Shown piece by piece: positions 54,462-64,000 of a DNA stretch of 64,000 nucleotides. This DNA comes from Laetmonice hystrix (lineage: Eukaryota): contig OZ249436.1 of NCBI GenBank assembly GCA_965235115.1, positions 34,782,001-34,846,000 on the forward strand. The letters are read 5' to 3'. The notes under the pieces are model-generated. The model was given only the letters and a program-made list of their open reading frames with translations, made no database searches and was not told the origin of the DNA. Position numbers and translations under genes: made by a program. How positions within the stretch are numbered: the first letter of the stretch is position 1; the number at the start of each line of letters is the position of its first letter.

Positions 54462-57400
54462 GTAAGAAAACACCGCGTTTATTTTCCATCTGCACCATTT
54501 TCATCACACTAATAGTGGGTACCTTTTTTATCTATCTCGGTTTTCAATGTCGCTACATTTGCTACTTGGAAATGGATGAGGTGTTGACCGGTTTGAGCGA
54601 GGCTAAGCCCGAACAGGTGGCCCGCCAGTGAATTGGCGGTGAGTGGGTGTTTTAGAGAAGGTTTGCAGTAGGTGGACGTCCCGTTCTGCTGTCATGACGT
54701 TACCTGGACGTAATGATACAATGATGGGTCAACGTGTCAGCTATGATCCCCGTATGGCAGCTTTCACACCGTCTGCTCTGGTCGACACCATGCCTTGGAG
54801 GCAAGTCAGATCTCGTACGTGATTGAGATGAACAGAGAGCGAACTACCATACAACCAAGAGCTCCCGTTCTGAAATAAAAACAACCTCCCTTCATAAAAA
54901 AAATCAAGGGTCGAGGGTATAAAGAGTTGCTCTTAGAAGTTGTTTGAAAGGCCCGCAATGAGCACCAATAGTTCACTCGAGGCCATGGCTCTTGTGATTG
55001 ACTGATTGAGGTGTGTGTCATATCAATTGTCTAAAGGTAATTAGCCGTGAAAACATACCATTGTCTCCCAGTAAAGTGGCAGTAATTGACCATCTGGTAT
55101 GTCAAGATCCAGCTGCTGTCCTTACAACCAGTTAACAGGCAGTCTGACGTCTCCAGTCAGCTGTGATTGTCACGTTAGCATGTCATAGTCATTCCTCATC
55201 AACTTTATGGAGCACTAAAACTAACCACTATAATCTGCTGAGAAAGACTAAAGTGGTTCCTATGCCAGCATTCTGTTAAAAATAACCCTTGCAAGAAAAA
55301 TATCTGCGGCACTGATTCTATTAGTAGGCTTTGGAAGATAGCATCATTGTCCAGAATACTCGGTACCCCTTTTTAATGTCAAAAAGGTAAAAATAACTGG
55401 TGGCATATTTTAGTGTCCAGTATCATGCCTTTGGACATGCAAGTAATGATAATATATCTCTGTCTAGATAGTTTTTAACCCTGTTTTTGGCATTTTATGC
55501 CTTCATATAATACATAAATTATAAAACAAATTGTTTGTTCTTTTTTTGTCACACTTTAAAAATGATGCATTAGATATAAAATACATGCATACATTTCTAA
55601 CGCTGACAAGTGTACACAAATGTAATTGATTCTCATTGATGGATTCTATCAAGGTATCCGGAAGCTAATATTTGACATGTAAATATGCATGGTGAACTTT
55701 TTTAACTCGTGCCACAATAATGTTCCGTACCAAGTATTCCGGTGAGTTCCTGCCTCCAGGAAATCACAATGAAATGGTAATTTAACAACAAAACAGGAAC
55801 TGTGCTTGGCCTAACAATATCGCCTTTAATTAATCAGTTCGGTTTTGGACTCCGATGGTAGGACTGAGTGAAATTTTTCCATGAAAATAATAAGACCAGC
55901 ATAAAGATAAGACCAGTTGGGACCAGCGGACCTTGAATCCTACACCAGTCACTGCCCTTCGTGGTGCTCCTCTGTGATAATCGTAGAAAGTGGTTGGAAA
56001 GGGTCACCCGGAAACCTGAAGTGGGTGACTGAAAAGGTCACGTGAGCTTGTCATAACGCCTGGGTAGAATGAGCGGCAGACAATTAAAGGGGGCGTGGTT
56101 AGTGTCCTGAGGCGACGTGACGGTGACAGGCAGCTAGCCAACTCTCTCATACAGACATACATAGCGTCTTCACACAGGGTTCTAAATATATGCGTGATTA
56201 TGTCTATGTGTGCGTTCGTGTGTGTATGCAAGGCGTGCTGTGTTCATGCTCAGTGTTCAGGAAAACACCGTCACAAAACGGCATTGATCCAGTTACTGAA
56301 GACAGAGTTTGAAAAATGGGGGAAAAAATCCAGCAGGCCCCGAGTCGTTGTCTTGAATTGCGATGCGATAGGATTTGTTTAAATCTCATCCCATCTATTT
56401 TCTTATCATTTCGTCGTATCGATGATCTGGTCTGCCACAGCTGTGGAATGGGCGAACACGGATCAGAATAAACTAGGCCGTTTTCACCAACACCGGCTCC
56501 AGTAAGCTAAACCCTGGCAAAGATCGGAACTAATGGCAGCCAGGAAGGACCGTTGTTTTGTGCGCTAGTTATGCGAACAGCGTGTCGATTTCTTTGTGCC
56601 CGGTTCCGCAGATGGTAAAAGACAAAACAAACTGAAGAAGGCATTCAGTTCACAATCTTTTATCTACAGACTGTAGATTCTCTGCCGGCTGGTTTTGGTA
56701 AGAGAATCATGCAACCAGCATTGTGTATTCATGAGGGTAAACTTTATTGTGCATTCATAAAAATAAATTAATGATTGTATCATTTGATTGATTGCTTTCC
56801 AATTAAACCATTGATGCGATTGTGTCTTCTATGATTACAATCAGCGGAGTTAGGGCTTTTACAAATTTAATGTTTCCTGGATTCAAGCGGCTGATTCGCC
56901 GGCGTTTCACTTCACTTCACTTCACAATAGCAGCTTCCATTTTTTTTGAAAGGACCATGTTTATTTCTGGTTAAATATTTAGAGTGGAATTCGCCATCCT
57001 GAAGTAAATATTGAGATTCCAAAGAGTTGTTAGAGTTAATTTATCATTTACATGTGGTAACAAAGAGTTGTAGTTTCTTAGTGCTCTCTCCTAGACCTCG
57101 TCTCATCCGTTACTCGTCACAACATCCTCGTTTTGTTTTTGTCTTCAGACTTTCGTTTCTTTCTCATTTCAAAGAGTTCTTACAACAGCCATAGTTGTCC
57201 TTTTTAAACCAGTGTAGACATAATCTAACCGTTCCACAGCCCAGTAAAAACATTTAACAGGCCGTTTCTCCTGGGATTCAATGCCTCTGACCTACATCTA
57301 AATATTTACTGTTCATGCTTTAACTTTTTAGTCCTGTTACACTGAGCGTCAAAGAATCGAGTTATTGTGTCTTGTTGAGAACTCACGTGGTGGCGGGTTA

Positions 57401-58420
57401 GGCTCCTCAGCCAGGGTTTAAACAGCAGTTTAGGGAGAATGTAGTCGCCTTTAAGAATTTAACTCTAATACATGGAACACCGCCCTGTCATGTAAACTTG
57501 ACCTACAAACATAATGTAAATCGACTAATGGAACACAAATTGAAGCCTTGTACGCAATGTTCTCGGAAATCCACAGTGCGATCAATTCATATACATAACT
57601 CACTTACTGCCGGAGGGCTTTCTTCAGATATTTACATTGCATTTTCTTCCCTAAACTTCGAGCTCATACATTTGTGGAGCCCTATAAAAGATCTACGGAT
57701 ATCGCAAGCTAGTTGATGAAAGGCAATTGGGTTGAAAATTCAATTACTTGTTCTGATGAGCAAGGCATGCGTAATTAGCAAGAACTTTGTTTTATCACAA
57801 ATTACTCCGAGGCATATTAACAAGCATTTGCATGAGGACCTAAAGGCACAGTGTATACACCATGGCATCCTCAACGTATCGGTACCGTACTCCGGGTAAG
57901 AGTATGGCAGTTGTGGTGTGTATTAAAGGGGCAATTCGTGAGGGCCATTCGGAATTCATGCAACTTTCAAAGTTATACGTGTTCTAGGGCTGTCAATAAG
58001 TCTACATACCAAGAATTATAGCCATCCGATTCGCTTTCTTAGATGACTATCAGTTGGACGCGAATCCGGCCGAGCAGCACCTTATGTGACCCCCACTCCA
58101 CCTCATGCTTAAAAAAAGTTTTATTGTGGGTAATGATAGTGAAAAACTGGGTTCATACTCAGCATGTCCTGACCAAGATGATCAAGACTGTCCACGGACT
58201 GTGCGGCCGCCATTGTAGTAGGCCAAAACAACGCGAATGCGCAGGCGCACAAGTATAATTTGTATGCCAAGCGGGTCAACAAAGACCATGTGGGTTGAAG
58301 GGGTGGAGCACTGGGGGTTTAAAACTCGCAGAATTTCACGGACAACGATTGTTACATATATTATAATGCCAATAACTTGTCCCTTTATAGGTGGTAACAA
58401 TACGTGTTGGTTTATTTCAG

Positions 58421-58525
58421 AAGGCCGTGTGTACGCTGGGACTGTGGCTGACCAGTCTGGGCGGGACTCTCTCATATACAGTCACCCTTTACGGACGGAG
58501 GCCCACGATTCACAACTACTCAATG
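58421..58525 (+). CDS. Sema1a: Semaphorin exon F: (E)GRVYAGTVADQSGRDSLIYSHPLRTEAHDSQLLN
   Basis: tatttcag acceptor and G|gtagg donor; 105 nt, phase 1/1. Confidence 0.93.
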
Positions 58526-58868
58526 GTAGGTTCCCAGTACAGGAGGTGTGAGGTTTCGCGGATAACAGTTGGAATGAGCTAATGTAAACAAACAAATACA
58601 GATCATCTAATCATAGATGCGGTTATATTGAGTTACAGGTATATCTATATTTGCTCTAGCTCTTTTTACACAAGTTGTACATAATGTTGGTGTATACATT
58701 GTACGAATAAGTGATTTTTATCTCAGGACATATAGAATAAAACCGAAACATGATTTTATCACAATCCCTTCTGATGTAGAGTTTATAGAGGCATACATTT
58801 AGCGTAACTCGCACTCCTAGTTATGTGACGTATGTAAGACGGCCCGTTATTTTGTCATTTTTTAACAG

Positions 58869-58957
58869 AACCAGACTTTGTGAGCTCATTCGAGTATGGG
58901 GACAATGTGTACTTCTTCTTCCGAGAATTTGCAGTGGAGTACATCAACTGTGGGAAG
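58869..58957 (+). CDS. Sema1a: Semaphorin exon G: (E)PDFVSSFEYGDNVYFFFREFAVEYINCGK
   Basis: tttaacag acceptor and AAG|gtatg donor; 89 nt, phase 1 to 0. Confidence 0.95.
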
Positions 58958-59105
58958 GTATGTGAAACAAAGCTTTAATTGTCTCATCTGTAATTCCCCG
59001 GCTAGAAGATTTGGCCACCATTCCAGACAGAAGATTGGTTACCGAGTGAGGGCGATCATGGCGGGAGTAAAGTTACGAGAAGGTCAGCGGTAACATATAT
59101 CTCTT

Positions 59106-59925
59106 CAGTCTCGATCATCCAGACCCTCAGCGGCCCGAGCAGAGGGTCTGGAAAAGTTCCTATGTGAGAGTTGTTCGTTTCGTTGAGCCCGTAAGCGGCC
59201 CGTTTACTCGGTTCCAGTTTCCGGTTTGCTCGCAGCTGATTGGTCCATACCGAAAATCTATCAAGAGCCGGAGCATCTGGGGGGGGGGGGGGGGCGACCG
59301 AGCGTGGGAATATCAAGCCGGACGGGGCGTGAGCAGGTGATCCCGTCGTCGGGCCTGCCAGCGTGTTCACGCGTCCCACAGAATCTAGCCATTTACTCGT
59401 TTTTTTTAACAATTTTAAACCGGTCTGAGGTTTTAAAAATATATGCTCCTAACATATATCCTAAGCCTTAGTTTGTGGGTGGTACGTTTGATAACGATTC
59501 CTAGCGCAGTGAGCTAGTATTATGAAAAATTACGAGTTGATTGTCGGCTGTCCGACACTGACAGCGACTCGCGCCCGGGTGCCTGGTCTGCCGGCGAGGG
59601 TTAGCCTAGAACATTCTAACTAACCGCAGTCGGGCTGAGCCCTCCCTTCATATGTTTCAATGACTGACGCTGGACATTAAATAACATATTGACATCTCAC
59701 GACACTGTTTATTCTTAGTTATAATAATATAGGCCTAATACTAGAACAATCTTATTCAGGCAAACCATAGGTATGGGCAAACTGACTAAAACAAACACCG
59801 CTCTGAGATCGCTTACGACATGGAGCACGGGGCGTGACTACTGCGCCACCTTGTGACGAACAAACGCCAGACACAAACTTTCCCAGACTCACGTACAGCG
59901 AGAGAGAGTCGGGTGACCGAGACTG
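59106..59925. mobile_element. 820-bp non-autonomous TIR DNA element with a 9-bp TSD (ATATCTCTT) and hairpin-bearing ends
   Basis: Left end CAGTCTCGATCATCC matches the reverse complement of the right end (CAGTCTCGGTCACCC) at 13/15. ATATCTCTT lies at 59097-59105 and 59926-59934. No transposase ORF. Confidence 0.8.
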
Positions 59926-60644
59926 ATATCTCTTTGGATGATTCCATGTGGGGGTCGCTGTTCTCCACGTCAAATAATATAGAAGGAGTCATCTATTAGG
60001 GGTGTGTGGGAAATATTGGGTGTTGGTTGGCATGGTGATGTATGAAGACGCCGGGGGAGTGAGAAACGGGAACGCTCTGATTGATCAGGCTGTCTTAGAC
60101 ACTTTGAGGCGGGACCCCCCTGCCCACCCTGCCCCAGTGGACGGGATCAATTCGGTATTAGAGCCAGGGAACATGGTTCAGCCCTTGCCGGACCCCTCTG
60201 TCATTCTACACCCAGCCCTCATCAATAGTCGGGACAGACCGCTAAAAGCCAGGGCAGACTTGAAACTACCGACATGGCTCTCACCTTTCACTATGGTCAC
60301 AATCGATGAGATGGTTCAGGTAAAAAGTCAGTTCTTGAGGCTGCTGGGCCGGCGGGTGAGGCTTTTTGGGGAGTGGAGTGGGGGTTAGGGGAGGGGGGGG
60401 GGGGTAGGGGAGGGGGGTTTAGGAAAAGGGAGGAGGGGTTATTGTGTTTAGTGCTATAGTCGAATTTAGAAAGAGAAACGGTTGACATCCCGTATGATTC
60501 CATTTAAGCATAATCACACACGAATAAAAAAAACAGATGTTGTGACCTTGACGTATTAAATAAAGATTGTGCTCGGAACTCCACAACAATCTCCTCTGAT
60601 GTACGAGTATGTTGAGCAAACCCCGCTCTCTGTTCTCCCTCTAG

Positions 60645-60797
<153 letters not shown>

Positions 60798-60982
60798 TAG
60801 AAAACATTATTCCCTAATGTGTGTGGTGTGTTTGATCAGTGACCTTGGTTTGAGTTTAGTCGTACACTTCCATCGACAAGATCCATTGTGATAGAATGTG
60901 CTCTGAGTTTGTGTTGGCCTCAATGTTTGCCTTCAGCCTTGTAATAGATGTACCGGTCTCATACAAATGTAATGTGTTATAG

Positions 60983-61076
60983 AATCGGCGTCCATGCTTG
61001 GACAAGGTTTCTTCCGACCAATCTCGGACGTGGCCAACAGAACCGATATGATATATGCCGTCTTCACCACACCGGT
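60983..61076 (+). CDS. Sema1a: Semaphorin exon I: (Q)SASMLGQGFFRPISDVANRTDMIYAVFTTP(V)
   Basis: gttatag acceptor and GT|gtaagt donor; 94 nt, phase 1 to 2; IYAVFTTP motif. Confidence 0.92.
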
Positions 61077-61365
61077 GTAAGTTTATCACATTTCTTCTCA
61101 ATGGTTTCTTTCTTCCCCTTCTAACGAACACGGCCCACATTAAATAAATTCTGATCTATCTTCATGGTTATGATATAGTTTATTTTTATATTACTTGTAG
61201 TGACAGGACATCAGGTATGTCTGTCGTATGTCCCATTGTGTCACCCATAAATGTAAAATATCAGAGAAATCCAGGAGTGAAGAAGCGTGAAAAGTTAGAT
61301 TATAATATGTACGAGAATCCTTGCTGATGATCAAATAAAGTATTTGCGGTTATGTCGCCATCCAG

Positions 61366-61513
61366 TAACTCGATAACGGGTTCGGCGGTGTGTGCGTTCC
61401 GGATTTCCGACATCATCGCGACCTTTGACGGAGCGTTCAAGGAACAGAAAACGGCCCACTCCAACTGGCTGTCTGTCAATGAAATGGTCACACCCAAACC
61501 CCACCCAACCAAG
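61366..61513 (+). CDS. Sema1a: Semaphorin exon J: (V)NSITGSAVCAFRISDIIATFDGAFKEQKTAHSNWLSVNEMVTPKPHPTK
   Basis: catccag acceptor and AAG|gtaagc donor; 148 nt, phase 2 to 0; GSAVCAF and F-x-G-x-FKEQ motifs. Confidence 0.94.
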
Positions 61514-62020
61514 GTAAGCACCGACCACCAACTGACCCTGTCACTGGCTATCTGTCAATGAAATGGTCACACCCAAACCCCACCCAACCAAGGTAAGCAC
61601 CGACCACCAACTGACCCTGTCACTGGCTGTCTGTCAATGAAATGGTCACACCCAAACCCCACCCAACCAAGGTAAGCACCGACCACCAACTGACCCTGTC
61701 ACTGGCTATCTGTCAATGAAATGGTCACACCCAAACCCCACCCAACCAAGGTAAGCACCGACCACCAACTGACCCTGTCACTGGCTGTCTGTCAATGAAA
61801 TGGTCACACCCAAACCCCACCCAACAAAGGTAAGCACCGACCACCAACTGATCCTGTCACTGGCTGTCTGTCAATGAAATGGTCACACCCAAACCCCACC
61901 CAACAAAGGTAAGCACCGACCACGACCTTGTGACTGTCACTGGCTGTCTGTCAATGAAATGGTCACACCCAAACCCCACCCAACCAAGGTAAGCACCGAC
62001 CACGACCCTGTGACTGTCAC
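61464..62020 (+). repeat. Exon J 3'-end plus donor tandem array; 7 donor sites; 79-bp unit (last unit 80 bp)
   Basis: AAG|GTAAGC donors with GT at 61514, 61593, 61672, 61751, 61830, 61909 and 61989. Confidence 0.97.
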
Positions 62021-62392
62021 CGTATGTGACAGGTCCCTGTTGATATGTCATTCATCAGTGTCGTCTTCACTAAGTGGTTGATTTGGTAAACAAGGCAGGG
62101 ATTGGCCGACATCTATCTGTCTCCTTTACAATTGTCTCTGACACTTAGGGTAATGAATGTTTAACTCCGTATGAAGGCATGATCTGGGTAACAGTACCAT
62201 GTACTGTAGTCAAAAGGTAAAAATATAATTACAATTCAGCGCACATTGTGGTGAATTATATATGCTTGTCTGTTTCTTGTCTTGTGCCTTGTTAATGGCA
62301 TCATAAATATACTGTAATGTGCGCATCGCACATGCGAACAACATCTCGTATCTGTAAAACGTGGTAAGATTTTGTTTCTTGATTTGTTCTAG

Positions 62393-62597
62393 TGCGTGAA
62401 CAATTCGAAGGACCTTCCTGACCAGGCACTTAACTTCATCAAGTCGCACCCGTTGATGGACTCAAGTGTCAAGGCGTTCGGTGGGCGGCCAATCATGGTA
62501 CAGACGTCATTTACGTCACGTATGACGCAGATCGCTGTCGACTGGCAACGTCAAGCTCTCGACGGTCGCTACTACGATATCCTCTTCATTGGCACCG
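62393..62597 (+). CDS. Sema1a: Semaphorin exon K: CVNNSKDLPDQALNFIKSHPLMDSSV...YDILFIGT
   Basis: ttgttctag acceptor and G|gtagg donor; 205 nt, phase 0 to 1. Confidence 0.95.
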
Positions 62598-62802
62598 GTA
62601 GGCAACGTACAAATTGGGTCACAAGTAAAAACTGATCACCAAAGCGAGCAGCCTCATAAAAACTTTACCGACAATACCCCCCCCCCCCCCCCATTTTTAA
62701 ACATTATATCCAGGTTATCTCCCCCCGCCAATTGGTAGGGACCGAATGTAAGACTACAGTTTCCACAGATAATGCAGTAAAATGAATGGATCAAATTAAG
62801 AA

Positions 62803-62909
62803 TGCCTACTGTGTGAGTAGTTTATGAAGTGCCTACTGTGTGAGTAGTTTATGAAGTGCCTACTGTGTGAGTAGTTTATGAAGTGCCTACTGTGTGAGTA
62901 GTTTATGAA
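62803..62909. repeat. 27-bp minisatellite, 4 copies (TGCCTACTGTGTGAGTAGTTTATGAAG)
   Basis: Read directly; HFINYSHSR x4 in the ORF track. Confidence 0.95.
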
Positions 62910-62968
62910 ATGTTGATTATAGACACAATGTTTGATGTTATGTAAATTTCTCCTTGCATTACGTCCAG

Positions 62969-63194
62969 ATGACGGACGTGTTATCAAAGCCATCAACCGG
63001 GGTTCAGGGAAGAATATCGATACGGTGGTGATCGAGGAAATCCAGGTGTTCAAACAGGGTATGGCCGTCACCAATCTACAGGTGTACAGGACAGATAAAG
63101 ACGGCCAGGATCAGATCGAAAAACTTGTGGTGGTCTCTAAGAACGAGGTGAAAGCTATCCCGCTCCATCGCTGCAGGCTGAGGACGACATGCAG
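62969..63194 (+). CDS. Sema1a: Semaphorin exon L: (D)DGRVIKAINR...VIEEIQVF...KAIPLHRCRLRTTC(S); end of Sema domain and start of PSI
   Basis: cgtccag acceptor and AG|gtgagc donor; 226 nt, phase 1 to 2. Confidence 0.95.
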
Positions 63195-63210
63195 GTGAGC
63201 GAAATGTGTC

Positions 63211-63249
63211 CCGGTAGAGGGCGACACAGTAGTTGTCGCCACCTAGTGA
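63211..63249. promoter_or_regulatory. Inverted pair of CTCF-like motifs that also forms a hairpin
   Basis: CCGGTAGAGGGCGA on + and TCACTAGGTGGCGA on - both fit CCRSYAGRKGGCR closely. Confidence 0.3.
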
Positions 63250-63391
63250 TAGAGTACGGAACTAATGTCAGTTCGTCTTACATGCTCCCGCCGACCATGA
63301 ACTAATCGTTAAATAAGTAGGCATATTTGTCGTAAGCCTCGATGTGCCTAATTTTGCCAGTTAAATTAAATATTGTACTATTATGTTTCAG

Positions 63392-63463
63392 TGAATGCGT
63401 GGCTCTCAGGGATCCGTACTGTTCGTGGGATAGGAACTATTGCAGAGCAAACACAGGGGCCGG
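63392..63463 (+). CDS. Sema1a: Semaphorin exon M (PSI domain): (S)ECVALRDPYCSWDRNYCRANTGA(G)
   Basis: gtttcag acceptor and GG|gtaagt donor; 72 nt, phase 2/2; C-x-x-x-x-DPYC-x-W motif. Confidence 0.93.
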
Positions 63464-63691
63464 GTAAGTTCAGACTTTGTAGAATAGTTGATGAATATTT
63501 ACTTCACTGTACGTCTATCAAGGCTTGTTTAAGACTAACTTAACATTTACCCTGATTTCCCAAGTATTGTATATTGTATTCTTAATGAAGGAGGATATAA
63601 TGACCTACTAATTACTATGTGTTAGTTGTCATTATTGAAAGTCAGTGATGAGAAATCTTTATTAACTTTCTTATGTGTATTTTTAATGCAG

Positions 63692-63771
63692 AATACAGAA
63701 CATAGAAGAAGGGAAAGTGAGAGGCTGTGGTCCAGACGACCTGTCACCGAGTCGGAATGACAATGAAATCG
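63692..63771 (+). CDS. Sema1a: Semaphorin exon N: (G)IQNIEEGKVRGCGPDDLSPSRNDNEI
   Basis: aatgcag acceptor and G|gtaagt donor; 80 nt, phase 2 to 1; carries the terminal PSI Cys. Confidence 0.85.
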
Positions 63772-64000
63772 GTAAGTATTTGTGTATGAATGCACACATT
63801 GTGGTCACATCCCAGTATGAGCAAGAGCATGTCCGTGTTTGTAATTTTCCAAATGGGATCATTCTCACAAAATCTTATCAAGAGCATGCTTCACAAATTT
63901 GTCTTGACATCCCAGTATCTTCTTTGTCTGTTTTCCCTGAATGCATATACAAATATTATCTTCAGTGCTGTAGTTAATAAGGATAAAAAGTAAATTTTGT

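Noticed and set aside
60002-60388. 128-aa + strand ORF inside the intron between exons G and H
   Set aside because: GTG start, no recognisable domain and no convincing splice sites; one ORF of this length is expected by chance in 64 kb.

Overview
This is eukaryotic (animal) genomic DNA, not prokaryotic: there are no operons, rRNA/tRNA genes or CRISPR arrays, and nearly all of the supplied ORFs are spurious. The window holds most of one + strand multi-exon gene, a class 1 (Sema-1a-like) semaphorin. I reconstructed 14 coding exons by eye (23198-63771, 1581 nt, about 527 codons). All introns are GT-AG and every junction phase is compatible. The exons encode the Sema domain, the PSI domain and the start of the next region. 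The signal-peptide exon was not found, and the gene continues past the right edge. An invertebrate, probably protostome, source is inferred from the protein. The introns carry minisatellites, microsatellites, poly-G tracts, two TIR elements with target-site duplications, and decayed TE-like remnants. The most unusual structures are two separate tandem arrays, each built from the 3' end of a coding exon plus its 5' splice site (11 and 7 donors in series). The first array also repeats a perfect TACTAAC branch motif and a CAG, so some units look like in-frame cassette pseudo-exons.
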